A stretch of 64,000 nt of DNA from an uncultured Candidatus Saccharibacteria bacterium. GTDB lineage: Bacteria; Patescibacteriota; Minisyncoccia; Sungbacterales; HO2-52-23. Of the stretch, positions 10,467 through 20,215 are shown piece by piece. The DNA is taken from the NCBI GenBank assembly GCA_964412615.1, contig CAYPPK010000001.1, positions 54,983 through 118,982 on the forward strand, written 5' to 3'. The notes below the pieces were generated by a model that was not told where the DNA came from, made no database searches, and worked only from the letters and a program-made list of their open reading frames with translations. Position 1 is the first letter of the stretch; each line of letters begins with the position of its first letter. The translations under genes were made by a program, and so were the position numbers.

Positions 10467-11042
10467 ATGAATAAAATCTTCGCGCAAGATAAAATAATAA
10501 TTTTTGATACCGAATATACCACTTGGGAAGGAGCACAAGAAAGAAAATGGTCAGGTCCCGGGGAACACCGCGAGATCGTGGAAATCGGAGCAATCCTGGC
10601 CGATACGGAAAATTATCAAGAGCTGGATTCGTTTACTATTTTCGTAAAACCAAAGAAAAATCCCATACTCTCCGAATATTTTATTAAACTTACGGGAATT
10701 ACCCAGGAAAAAGTGGACCAGGAAGGAATTGATTTTCCTCTGGCTATTAAAAAATTCTCGGAATGGGCCGAGAATTTTCATCTTTATTGTTTCGGCAGTG
10801 ATTTAAAAGTATTGCAGGAAAACTGCGAACTTTCCGGGATTGAGCTGCCGTTCTCCACCGAGTATTTTCATAATCTGCGCGATACTTTTTCTTCTTACGG
10901 CATCGCGAGTGAAAATTATATGTCCAGCACCATTGTAGAGGCCTTTGGCGAAAAGCCGAAGCGCGAAGGCCATGACGCCTTAAACGATGCCCGCACGCTT
11001 TTGGACGGCCTGCGTTTGCTTGCTAAAAAAATTAAGGGTTGA
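10467..11042 (+). CDS. DEDDh 3'-5' exonuclease (ERI-1/KapD-like)
   Basis: FDTEYT, EIVEIGA, LTGITQE, HDALNDA. Confidence 0.85.
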   Translation: MNKIFAQDKIIIFDTEYTTWEGAQERKWSGPGEHREIVEIGAILADTENYQELDSFTIFVKPKKNPILSEYFIKLTGITQEKVDQEGIDFPLAIKKFSEWAENFHLYCFGSDLKVLQENCELSGIELPFSTEYFHNLRDTFSSYGIASENYMSSTIVEAFGEKPKREGHDALNDARTLLDGLRLLAKKIKG

Positions 11043-11097
11043 CTTTTTAAGATCATTGTGTAACAATTTCTGCGGACTGTTCTGAGGGAGGATAAAA

Positions 11098-12240
11098 GTG
11101 AATACAACGGCTCCTCGTGTGCTTATTATTGTAGGTGATGCGCTAGATGCAGAGAGTCTAATTCCCGTATACTGGCATCTAAGCCAACTTGGAGTATACG
11201 TAGAAATGTGTGCCGACCCCAAGGGAATTGCTAAAAAAATCTTGGAACGGCAAGAAGTTCCTTTTTCGGCCGTAGATGAAATCCCTAATTGGGATCGGGT
11301 GCGCATGGTGGTATGTGCCACTTCCAGCAAGGCAAAGGAACTAGCAGTTAGGGCTCTTTATGGGGCTCGCGCCGTGAATGCTCGGCTTCCTGGGTCTGAA
11401 GCTATTATCAGAGTGGGGGTTGAGTGTCTCTACGGAGATAGCAGCAAATGGGAACGTGAAGATATTGGGTTATTTGGCTGGATGATCGTTATGGATGAAC
11501 TGGCCAAGGCCTCATTTCTTGCCAACCAGCCAAGTTTCCAAGAAGGAAAGATTCTCGCTCTTGGCAATGCCAGCTTTGATAATCTCTCCTTGCTTCACCA
11601 GCAAAAAGAAAATTTGCGGGCAAGTGTTCGTTCTGCTTGGTCAATTCTTCCTGGGAAAAAAGTGGTGGTGTTCTTTGCTTCCGATTCCCGCCAGATTGAT
11701 ATGAGCGAAGGACTGGATCAAGTGCTGGCCGCTGTTGCCGATTCGGATGCATTATTAGTTGCCAAGTTCCATGAGTCAGATCCAGAACGAGAGCGGTGGA
11801 TCAATTACGTGCGGGAAAAGTTTACCGCCAAAGGCCATTTAATTACTGATACTCCGGAGTTCAACAATGAGCAGTTAATTTGCGCAGCAGATCTAGTGGT
11901 GGGACACTATTCAACTCTGCTTATTCGCTCCTCACTCCTTTCCGTGCCAACGCTCTTTCTTCTCCTGCCATCTTCGCGCAGCTATTTGGAGGAACAAAAA
12001 AAGCTGCGGTCTCCATACTTTTCGCAAGTTGATACCTCGGCCCTTGCCGCGAGAACTGTTGAGAATATACGATTGCTCCTTGCGGCATGTCTTGGATGTC
12101 AAGATACAGCGCCCTACGTTAAGGCAATGGAAAACACAAATAGAAATCTATTTGCCGGTTTGGTAGATGGAAAAGCAACCGAACGTATTGCGACACTACT
12201 CCATCGGCTTCTGTTGGAACAGCAGTCAATTTCATTGTAA
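11098..12240 (+). CDS. Divergent GT-B/TagF-like protein in a stand-alone transcription unit
   Basis: LGNASFD, AKFH, AADLVVGHYSTLL, DGKATERI; GGAGG SD before GTG; own TTGACT upstream and terminator downstream. Confidence 0.6.
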   Translation: MNTTAPRVLIIVGDALDAESLIPVYWHLSQLGVYVEMCADPKGIAKKILERQEVPFSAVDEIPNWDRVRMVVCATSSKAKELAVRALYGARAVNARLPGSEAIIRVGVECLYGDSSKWEREDIGLFGWMIVMDELAKASFLANQPSFQEGKILALGNASFDNLSLLHQQKENLRASVRSAWSILPGKKVVVFFASDSRQIDMSEGLDQVLAAVADSDALLVAKFHESDPERERWINYVREKFTAKGHLITDTPEFNNEQLICAADLVVGHYSTLLIRSSLLSVPTLFLLLPSSRSYLEEQKKLRSPYFSQVDTSALAARTVENIRLLLAACLGCQDTAPYVKAMENTNRNLFAGLVDGKATERIATLLHRLLLEQQSISL

Positions 12241-12267
12241 GGTCCGACTTTAAGTCGGCCTTTTTTG
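12241..12267 (+). terminator. Rho-independent terminator
   Basis: GGTCCGACT-TTA-AGTCGGCC followed by T6. Confidence 0.7.
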
Positions 12268-12318
12268 TTAGATTTAGCGGGAAACAAATTTTAGTGCTTT
12301 TTGGTTATATTTTTATAT

Positions 12319-13056
12319 ATGACCGCAGACAAAAAACTTGAAGTCTTGGGAATTGTGGGCGCGCGCTCCGGCTCCAAAGGCATGCTGCATAAAAACATTA
12401 CCCCTCTGGCCGGCAAGCCGCTTATGGCCTGGATTATGGAAACGGCCCAAAAATCCCGTTATATAAATCGCTTGATTCTCTCCACGGATTCTCCGGAATA
12501 TGCCGAAGTGGGAAAAAAATACGGAGCCGAGGCGCCTTTTTTGCGTCCTGCCGAACTTGCGGCAGATACCTCCATTGTGGGAGAGTTTATTTTGCATGCG
12601 CTGGAATGGCTTGAAAAAAATGAATCGTACACCCCGGACTTGGTGGTTTATCTTTCTCCCACTGTTCCTCTGGTGCGCTCCGAGGATATTGACACGGCCA
12701 TAGAACTTCTGCTGTCGGACGAGAAGGCCGATTCCGCAATTTTGGCATCTCCCAGCCATGGCAGTCCGCACAAAATGGTGAAGCTGGCATCCGACGGGAA
12801 GGGCGTTGTTTCTTATATCACCAGAAATTCACGGGATGTCGCGGCGTCCAATCGGCAGGCGTATGAAAAAGCTTTTAACCGCGAGAGTTTGCCGATAGTC
12901 AGCCGGGTCTCGTCACTGCGGCGACTGAAGTCTCAATCCGGAGACCGGGTTCTCCATCATCTAATTTCTCAGGAGTCCGCGTTTGATATTGACACTCCGA
13001 CAGATTTTTTTATCGCCGAACAGCTTATGCTGCGCAAACTTAATGACCCTTCCTAG
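12319..13056 (+). CDS. neuA: Second acylneuraminate cytidylyltransferase paralog
   Basis: GARSGSKGMLHKN, STDSPEYA, APFLRPAELA, DIDTPTDF. Confidence 0.82.
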   Translation: MTADKKLEVLGIVGARSGSKGMLHKNITPLAGKPLMAWIMETAQKSRYINRLILSTDSPEYAEVGKKYGAEAPFLRPAELAADTSIVGEFILHALEWLEKNESYTPDLVVYLSPTVPLVRSEDIDTAIELLLSDEKADSAILASPSHGSPHKMVKLASDGKGVVSYITRNSRDVAASNRQAYEKAFNRESLPIVSRVSSLRRLKSQSGDRVLHHLISQESAFDIDTPTDFFIAEQLMLRKLNDPS

Positions 13057-13921
13057 TATTTTAAAATCCTGGGTCCGCCCACTGGTTGCTTGGGTAGCCA
13101 AGCCCTATCTGGAAAGCTACGCCGGCCTGGAGGATGTTTTTTACCGGAGAAACCATATCGTTGCCTTTGACCTGGAGGATGTGCGGATGAATGTTCGCTC
13201 CCCCTGGAATCCACCTCCCGAAGTCGGGGAATACATAAAAAACGGCCTGCTTTCCAGACCTCCGCTTTATGACGGTCTTTCTCTTAAGTTATGGTCTTTT
13301 GCTTTTGATCGCGGCACGGGGGTTCTTAATCTGGAAGTAAGCTACGGCTGCTACAGCCAGTATTTTTTTACTAACCTTGACGATGAATTTCGGAGGAAAT
13401 TTTCTAACTCGCGATATTGGTTCAATGCTTTAAATATCGGCGCTTTGTTGATTACCGCCGACAACAAATTACGCCTGCATAAGAGATCGCCTGATGCCCG
13501 GCAGTCACCTGGTAAACTGGATACTCCTTGCGGGCACCCCACCGGGATGAAAGAAGTTCCCGCCAAGGAACTTATTCCGGCTGCTTTGGAGGCAATTTTA
13601 AAAAAGGAGTTGGGTTTTGCGGTAACCATAACTTCAACCCTTCCCTTGGTGGCTTTTATTGCTCATCCCAATTTAGATTTTAATTTGATGTATTTGGTCA
13701 AAGTAGCCGAGACCGGCAAAGAATTGGAGGCGCGAAAAATGGCTTTATCAGGCGAGAAGCACAAAGAGGTTTACTTTATTGACGCGGCTACGGAAAACCT
13801 TACTTCTTTTCTTAAATCCAGGCGGCGGGAATTAAGCCGTTCTTTGCCCGAAGCCATACTTCATCTTATTCGCCGAGAGCGTCTGAAAATTCGCCATTCC
13901 CAAAATTCTAAGATGGCATAA
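13043..13921 (+). CDS. NUDIX-like hydrolase (degenerate Nudix box)
   Basis: LITADNKLRLHKRS...PGKLDTPCGH...KELG pattern. Confidence 0.5.
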   Translation: MTLPSILKSWVRPLVAWVAKPYLESYAGLEDVFYRRNHIVAFDLEDVRMNVRSPWNPPPEVGEYIKNGLLSRPPLYDGLSLKLWSFAFDRGTGVLNLEVSYGCYSQYFFTNLDDEFRRKFSNSRYWFNALNIGALLITADNKLRLHKRSPDARQSPGKLDTPCGHPTGMKEVPAKELIPAALEAILKKELGFAVTITSTLPLVAFIAHPNLDFNLMYLVKVAETGKELEARKMALSGEKHKEVYFIDAATENLTSFLKSRRRELSRSLPEAILHLIRRERLKIRHSQNSKMA

Positions 13922-15255
13922 CTCGCCAGAACAAAAATAAAGGCGTTTATCGGATAACGATGCCGGCCCTGGTCCGAAAAGCCGGCCGCCAGCGATCCTC
14001 CGGCATAAATCAAAATTATGGCGGCCAGAACAAGGCTGACGAAACGCTCGCGGCCTACATTCCTTAAAGCAAAAATGGCGCCGGCAATCCAGAGTAAGGT
14101 AAGCGCTATCCAGAAAGCGCGCCCGAGGACAGGGATGACGGCAAGCAGCCCCATCGTACTCCAGACGCGGCTGGCAAGCTCCAACGGGCCTTCCCGCAGA
14201 AGCAGCACCGAAGGAGAAAAATCAATCGGGAAATGAGGGATAACTTTAAAGTAGCGAAGATAGGTCGTATAGAGGTCCTGGGTGAAAAAGGAGTTGGCGG
14301 TAATTGCCAGAGTCGCAGCGGTCGCGCGAGGATGCTCAAGCATAATCCGAAAACCTTCTTTGGCCAGCACTGGCCCCAGCGCCGGATTTTCACTGATATC
14401 TTTGGGATCTACGCCGAGACGCTGGGCGAGTGAAAGTTTTAGCTCTTCTTCCACAAGGTGATAGGGGCGCCCCGTGCGATAGGTTTCAACCGAAACCGCT
14501 AGGTCGGTATAAATATTGCGCGCCCCGGTGGTAGTTCCGGAAAGTGAACCGAACTCGGCGTAATTTCTTGTCAGCCACGGAGACATTACGGCGATAAAAA
14601 TCAGCGGAAAAATCAAAACGGTCTGCCAGGAAAGCTTTTTAAATAATGCAGCCAGGAGAAGAAATAACATGGCAACCGGGAAAAGATAATATGGTTCCGG
14701 ACGAGTAAGAGCCGCCAGAGCCAAGACAAGACCGGCAAGGAGAGCGTATACTCTTGAATTATTTTGGACAAATCGGATGAAAAAAAGCGCGGCTAAAGTA
14801 AGAAAAAATACGGCGATGGCGTCAGTCAGCACCGTAAAACTCCAAAGCATGCCTAAGGGCTCAAAAGCGGTAAGGCCCGCGGCTATAAGCGGAACTTTTT
14901 CTCTCTCAGTCAGTTCTAATCCGATTTTCCATACTAAGATCGGCATGAGCGCGGAAAGGATAATTTGAAAAAATATCAAAGGGACTACCGAGTTGCTTAA
15001 GAAAAGAGACGCTGAAACAAGCAAAGAGTAAAGTGGAGGAAAAAAAGCGCTCGCCCGGAAAGGTTCAGAAATATCACGGGAGAAGCCGCGCCCCTCAAGT
15101 AAATTTTGCGCGGTTTGGTAGAATCCTTGGGAATCGGGAAGAAAAAAACCCTGTTCTCCGAAATTGAAAAAAACAAGTCCAGCTAAGGCCAGTCGTATCA
15201 AAAAAGCGCCTATAATTAGGAATAAGAGAAGACGCTGATTCTTGAGCATAATCAT
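13861..15255 (-). CDS. GT-C (ArnT/PMT-like) integral membrane glycosyltransferase
   Basis: About 11 TM segments; PDSQGF, PPLYS, LTRP, PWLTRNY, RHRYP. Confidence 0.8.
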   Translation of the reverse strand: MIMLKNQRLLLFLIIGAFLIRLALAGLVFFNFGEQGFFLPDSQGFYQTAQNLLEGRGFSRDISEPFRASAFFPPLYSLLVSASLFLSNSVVPLIFFQIILSALMPILVWKIGLELTEREKVPLIAAGLTAFEPLGMLWSFTVLTDAIAVFFLTLAALFFIRFVQNNSRVYALLAGLVLALAALTRPEPYYLFPVAMLFLLLAALFKKLSWQTVLIFPLIFIAVMSPWLTRNYAEFGSLSGTTTGARNIYTDLAVSVETYRTGRPYHLVEEELKLSLAQRLGVDPKDISENPALGPVLAKEGFRIMLEHPRATAATLAITANSFFTQDLYTTYLRYFKVIPHFPIDFSPSVLLLREGPLELASRVWSTMGLLAVIPVLGRAFWIALTLLWIAGAIFALRNVGRERFVSLVLAAIILIYAGGSLAAGFSDQGRHRYPINAFIFVLASYAILEFWEWRIFRRSRRIR

Positions 15256-15314
15256 AAAATACTCCAGAAACCACGCTCTTGTCCAGATAGTTGTATAGTT
15301 GTAAATTTGTCAAA

Positions 15315-15446
15315 ATGAATCCCACACATAACTTGCACAATTTATGTAAACAAAGGTCTATCGGCCATAAATATCACTTGCCTGACAGCTTTGTATACTC
15401 CACAGGAGGATACAGAATTTCTCAGTGCAGGTTATGTGTGGGATGA
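15315..15446 (+). CDS. Element-encoded micro-ORF, 43 aa (MNPTHNLHNLCKQRSIGHKYHLPDSFVYSTGGYRISQCRLCVG)
   Basis: Open from the left ATG to a TGA that overlaps the host ATG (ATGA); translation not demonstrated. Confidence 0.4.
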   Translation: MNPTHNLHNLCKQRSIGHKYHLPDSFVYSTGGYRISQCRLCVG

Positions 15447-15447
15447 A
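15316..15447. mobile_element. Miniature TIR element, copy A (element 15320-15443 with TGAA flanks)
   Basis: TGAA-TCCCACACATAAC...GTTATGTGTGGGA-TGAA; same ends at 43544 and 59557; right end supplies the ATG of the DegT gene. Confidence 0.85.
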
Positions 15448-16549
15448 GATTCCGCAACTTAATTTAACGCGGTACATGAATTCCGTAAAGAAAGATTGGC
15501 TCTCCCAAATAGAAGAGATTATTTCGTCAGGGAAAATAATCAACGGGCCCCATAAGCAGGGATTTGAAGAAGAATTTGCAAAATTTCTAGGTGTAAAGCA
15601 TGTTCTGGGAGTTGCTTGCGGCACGGATGCTATTGAATTATCACTCCGAGCATTAGGCGTAGGCCCTGGAGACGAAGTCATCACTCATGCCAACGCCTTT
15701 ATTGCCGCCATAGAGCCAGTGGTGGCTTTGGGCGCCAGACCGGTTTTGGTAGACATTTCTGCCGTTGACTACGGGCCTGACCCGGAGGCAATCAAAAAAG
15801 CGATAACTCCCCGCACCAAAGCAATTATTGTTGTACATCTCCTGGGTTTGCCGGTGGACTTTGATGCAATTAACACTGTTGCTCGCCAAGCCAATATTCC
15901 TGTCCTGGAAGATGCCTCGCACGCCCAAGGAGCCGTATATAAAGGAAGAAGAACGGGTGCCTTGGGAGAAATAAATGCCATCAGTTTGGGTCCGGTTAAA
16001 AATCTTTCTACTGTCGGCGATGCCGGTTGTGTCGCAACTGACAGCGATGAACTTTTTGAAAAATTGCGCTATCTTCCGGTTCACGGACAGGTTAAGAAAT
16101 ATAAGCACGCGCTTTACGGCAAAAACAGCCGATTGGACGAAGTGCACGCGTCTTATCTTCGCCTCGGCTTGAAGACCCTGGATGAAAGAAATCAGCGCCG
16201 GAGAGAAATTTATGCCAAGTATAAAAGTGATCTTGTTGATTTGCCATTATCTTTCATACCGGAATTTCCAGACCGAACAGCAGTTTTCCACCAGGCGGTT
16301 ATACATACAGACCAACGCGATCAACTGCGGGAATATCTAAAGGAGCAAGGAGTGGAAACGGGAATGTACTATCCTGATGCCCTGCATGAACAGGAGGCGT
16401 GGAGTAACGCCGGCTTTCCCGGGGGAGGGAATTTCCCCCGAGTTGAAAAGTATGTAAAAACCAACTTATCGTTGCCCATATTTGCCGAGCTTACCGATCA
16501 AGAAGTGGAACACGTGATAAGTTCTGTCCGCTCGTTTTTTGGAAAATAG
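15443..16549 (+). CDS. DegT/DnrJ/EryC1/StrS nucleotide-sugar aminotransferase
   Basis: GTDAIEL, GPGDEVIT, EDASHAQG, SLGPVKNL (PLP lysine), NSRLDE, LSLP. Confidence 0.92.
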   Translation: MKIPQLNLTRYMNSVKKDWLSQIEEIISSGKIINGPHKQGFEEEFAKFLGVKHVLGVACGTDAIELSLRALGVGPGDEVITHANAFIAAIEPVVALGARPVLVDISAVDYGPDPEAIKKAITPRTKAIIVVHLLGLPVDFDAINTVARQANIPVLEDASHAQGAVYKGRRTGALGEINAISLGPVKNLSTVGDAGCVATDSDELFEKLRYLPVHGQVKKYKHALYGKNSRLDEVHASYLRLGLKTLDERNQRRREIYAKYKSDLVDLPLSFIPEFPDRTAVFHQAVIHTDQRDQLREYLKEQGVETGMYYPDALHEQEAWSNAGFPGGGNFPRVEKYVKTNLSLPIFAELTDQEVEHVISSVRSFFGK

Positions 16550-16553
16550 TAAA

Positions 16554-17519
16554 ATGTCCATCTTAGGAACAAAAATACAAGAAAGTCCGGAAAAAATTCA
16601 AGGTTTAGCGGTGTCCGGGCCAGAAATATCTGTCGTGGCGGCCATGCATAATGAAGAAGATAATGTCCTGCCTCTCTATCAAGCCCTGGAAGAAACTTTG
16701 GGCAAAATGGGACGGGACTATGAGATCATTTTTGTAAATGACGCTTCCCAAGACCGAACGCTGGAAGAAATAAAAAAAGTAAAAGCGAAGAACCCTCGAT
16801 TCCGTTACTGCGACCTGGAGTACAATGCGGGTGAGAACTGGGCATTTTTAGCTGGCTTTAGCAAAGCGCGGGGAGATATTATCGCTACTATTGACGGCGA
16901 TTTCCAAAACGATCCCAAATTTCTTCCTCGCCTCATACGCAAAATTGACGAAGGTTATAAGGCGGCCAGCGGCTGGCGGAAAAATCGCGTGGGTGGTTTT
17001 TTTGACCGCATCCTTCCCTCGGTAGCTGCCAATTTCCTTATCTCGCTTGTCAGTGGGGTGCGGATACATGATTGCGGCTGCGGCCTCAGGGCCTTTCGCA
17101 GAGAAGTAGTGGCTAATAAATTTGTGCCAAGGGGGTTTATGAACAGATTTGCGCCAATAATCTTTGGCATAAAACAGCATGAATTTTGCGAAGTGGAGGT
17201 GGAGGATCGCATGCGCGTTGCCGGAAAATCGCATTACGGACTGGAGAGGATTTTTATCGTATTCAATGACATTCTTGCTCTGCCTTTTATATTGCGCGGA
17301 CCGGAAAGAGCAATTGGCACAGTTAAAATATGGCAATCGGCTGGCGCCGGACTTTTCGCGGTTTCCGTTTTCGGGGCAATTGTCTATTCTGCCTGGTGGT
17401 GGACTCTTGTCTTTATGGGTTTGCTTTTTTGGGCGGCGTTCACCAGCATAAGATGGAACCTTAATCGTTTTATCGCTGTCAAAGCAAAACCGGAATTTAA
17501 GATTAAAGATTTTAATTAA
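16554..17519 (+). CDS. GT2 polyprenol-phosphate glycosyltransferase (ArnC/GtrB-like)
   Basis: HNEEDN, VNDASQD, IDGDFQNDP, HDCGCGLRAF, C-terminal TM helices. Confidence 0.85.
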   Translation: MSILGTKIQESPEKIQGLAVSGPEISVVAAMHNEEDNVLPLYQALEETLGKMGRDYEIIFVNDASQDRTLEEIKKVKAKNPRFRYCDLEYNAGENWAFLAGFSKARGDIIATIDGDFQNDPKFLPRLIRKIDEGYKAASGWRKNRVGGFFDRILPSVAANFLISLVSGVRIHDCGCGLRAFRREVVANKFVPRGFMNRFAPIIFGIKQHEFCEVEVEDRMRVAGKSHYGLERIFIVFNDILALPFILRGPERAIGTVKIWQSAGAGLFAVSVFGAIVYSAWWWTLVFMGLLFWAAFTSIRWNLNRFIAVKAKPEFKIKDFN

Positions 17520-17523
17520 AGTT

Positions 17524-18477
17524 ATGGAAAAATTACGGGTAGGCATCGTCGGATTGGGATACTGGGGCCCTAAATTAGTGGAATCGTTCAGGGGCATGGC
17601 TGGAGCGGAGGTAACTCAAGTTTGTGATCTCAATCCGCAGCTGCTTGGCGAAATTGCTCAAAAATATAATCTTGCCGGAACAACTTCTTTTGCTGAATTG
17701 CTTGCAGACCAGACGGAGGCCGTAGCCATTGCCACTCCGCCTTCCACTCATGCGGTCCTGGTCCGCCAGGCGCTGGAGGCGGGGAAACACGTATTTATTG
17801 AAAAGCCGCTTGCGACGGATTTTGACGAGGCACGATCACTTGCCGAACTTGCCAAGAGCAAAAATCTAGTTTTATTCGTAGACCATACCTTCTGTTACGA
17901 CGAAGCATTTGGCAGAGTGCGCGAACTGGTTCAAAACGGAGACCTGGGTAAAATACAAAAAGCGAGTTTTGAATGGTTGGGAGCGCGTCCCAAGCCCCGC
18001 GGTCCGGATGTTTTATGGGATTCCGGGCCGCATGCGGTTGCGGCCATGAATTTTGTCATGAATCAATCGGCCACCTTAATTTCAGCCGAGGTGCTTGCGC
18101 GCCTGGAGACCGGAGTTCCTTCGGCTTTGTCCGCGAAATTTACGTTTCCGGGCGGAAGCAAGGCAGATGTACTGCTTGCCTGGAAAGACCAGGAAATTGA
18201 CGGCAGTCCCGTACCCAAGGCCGCCCGCGTAGTTCTATCTGGAGATAAGGAACTTGTTTTTGAAGGAAGTTTTGGCGCCAGAGCTGTTTCGGTGCGCGAA
18301 AATGGAGTAGCTCATCCGCTGGCCGGATTGACTTTTGCCGATGAGCCGTTGAAGAGTGCTTTGGGGGCGTTTGTGGATGCTGTTAAATACGGCAAAAAAA
18401 TTCCTTCCGATGGCAAATTCGGGGCAGAAGTGGTAAAGATTTTAGAAATGACGGCTAAATCCGCGGGCTTGGTTTAG
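17524..18477 (+). CDS. Gfo/Idh/MocA family oxidoreductase
   Basis: GIVGLGYWG, IATPPSTH, GKHVFIEKP, WDSGPH. Confidence 0.9.
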   Translation: MEKLRVGIVGLGYWGPKLVESFRGMAGAEVTQVCDLNPQLLGEIAQKYNLAGTTSFAELLADQTEAVAIATPPSTHAVLVRQALEAGKHVFIEKPLATDFDEARSLAELAKSKNLVLFVDHTFCYDEAFGRVRELVQNGDLGKIQKASFEWLGARPKPRGPDVLWDSGPHAVAAMNFVMNQSATLISAEVLARLETGVPSALSAKFTFPGGSKADVLLAWKDQEIDGSPVPKAARVVLSGDKELVFEGSFGARAVSVRENGVAHPLAGLTFADEPLKSALGAFVDAVKYGKKIPSDGKFGAEVVKILEMTAKSAGLV

Positions 18478-18483
18478 ATTTAC

Positions 18484-20199
18484 ATGAGCAGAGGGTCGTA
18501 TTTAAAAATTATTTTTTCCAGCGCTGTTGCCGCGGTTATTTTTTATTTTCTGTTCAGCCGTTTTGCAGGAGCGGACCTGAAAACAAATCTTATTCAATTT
18601 AATTGGGAGTTAGGCATCTTGGCCTTAGCCATGTATGGACTATCGCTTGCGTTGAAAGCATTGCGTTTTAAATTCTTTCTTGGAAGAGCGATTGCTTTCC
18701 GGACAATTTACGGCATTACGGCCATCCACAGCTTCTGGAATAACCTGCTCCCGTTCCGCGCCGGAGAACTTGCTTATTTTTATTTGTTAAAAAAAGGAGG
18801 CACGGTTTCCGGCAGCGCCAATGTGGTATCGCTCCTGGTGGCGCGCCTTTTTGATGCCGTGGTGGTGTCGCTGCTGGCCGTTATCTCGGCATCTTTTCTT
18901 TTTACTGCCGCCGACCAGCTTTTAGGCGAGTTTTTAAGATATATACTTCTCGGCTCGGCCTTCGCGGTGCTTCTGGTTTTGGCCATAGCGTCTAGGTGGA
19001 GCGAAAAGTTTTCCCTATTTTTAGGTAATTTTACCGGAGGGAGGGAAAAGTCAGTGACGGTTGTGATTTTAAGCCGGATTCGCGAGGCGCTAGCGGCACT
19101 CTCTACTCTTAAAAGTTTTGCTAAGTTCGCTGTATTTTTGCTGCTTTCTCTGGCTATTTGGTTCGGTGACTTTTTGTTTGTCTGGACGGCTTTTAAAGCC
19201 GGCGGTTTAAATCTTACTCCTCTGCAAGGTTTATTTATCACTGCTTTTCCGGTAATTGCCATTATGATCCCCTTGCAAAGCCCTGCCGGCCTAGGGACTT
19301 TTGAGGGAACGCTGCTGGTCGGACTCCTCGCTTTGGGGATCAGCGGGGACGTTGGTCTGGGGGCAAGTGTTTTTTTACACGGGCAACTGCTTTTATTTTC
19401 CTTCTTATCGTTTTTGATCGCTACCTGGTTTCGCCGCCGCGATTCCGGGAATATGGAAACGCCGCGCACCAACTCGGACCTTTATGCTTCATTTTCCGAT
19501 CCAGAAAAAGATTTCCGCAACGCCAATCTTTCCGATCTTATTATCACTTTCGCTAGAGGAAATACGCTTCTGGATATTGGCTGCGGCTACGGACAATTGC
19601 TGAAGAAAGCCGCTAAATTGGGATTTGCGGCTTTGGGTGTTGAGCCCGATCCCGTAGCGCGGGAAATCGCCCGCCAGCATTATCCCGAGGTTGAAATAAT
19701 TCCAATTGAGGCAAAGAATTTCACGGCCGAACATTGCTTTGATACGGTGACCGTGCTGGACGTACTTGAGGATATAAAAGAAGACAAACAATTTTTGCAG
19801 AAGGCAGGTAATTTCGTGTGTCCCGGCGGGCGGCTTATAATTTCCGCTCCTGCTTTTCCAGCGCTCTACGGAGAGCGGGATCGCATGATGGGTTATTTCC
19901 GCCGTTATGACGCTCAGAACTTGGAAGCGATGCTTAAAAATCTAGGTTTTAATATCCGCCTGCGCAGATACTGGAATACGTTAAGTTTTGCGCCATATTT
20001 TATCCTTTATAAAGTGTTGAGGCGTTCTACGCACGCAGCAAAGCTTAGAGGGGGAAATACCAAAGGGTTTTCAGGCGGCCTTATCTCCCGCGTACTCTTT
20101 TGGTGGTTTAAAAACGTGGAGAATAAGTTCAATTTCGGTTTTGGCTTAACGATTATTTTGGTTGCCGAGAAAACGGGGGTTGCCAAGATGAAAAATTAA
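18484..20199 (+). CDS. Fusion of an LPG-synthase-TM (flippase-like) domain and a class I SAM methyltransferase
   Basis: NNLLPFRAGE, RLFD, PAGLGTFE in the TM half; LLDIGCGYG, LDVLED, PGGRLIISAPA in the C-terminal half. Confidence 0.8.
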   Translation: MSRGSYLKIIFSSAVAAVIFYFLFSRFAGADLKTNLIQFNWELGILALAMYGLSLALKALRFKFFLGRAIAFRTIYGITAIHSFWNNLLPFRAGELAYFYLLKKGGTVSGSANVVSLLVARLFDAVVVSLLAVISASFLFTAADQLLGEFLRYILLGSAFAVLLVLAIASRWSEKFSLFLGNFTGGREKSVTVVILSRIREALAALSTLKSFAKFAVFLLLSLAIWFGDFLFVWTAFKAGGLNLTPLQGLFITAFPVIAIMIPLQSPAGLGTFEGTLLVGLLALGISGDVGLGASVFLHGQLLLFSFLSFLIATWFRRRDSGNMETPRTNSDLYASFSDPEKDFRNANLSDLIITFARGNTLLDIGCGYGQLLKKAAKLGFAALGVEPDPVAREIARQHYPEVEIIPIEAKNFTAEHCFDTVTVLDVLEDIKEDKQFLQKAGNFVCPGGRLIISAPAFPALYGERDRMMGYFRRYDAQNLEAMLKNLGFNIRLRRYWNTLSFAPYFILYKVLRRSTHAAKLRGGNTKGFSGGLISRVLFWWFKNVENKFNFGFGLTIILVAEKTGVAKMKN

Positions 20200-20215
20200 C
20201 TGTATAGTGGCCTTC

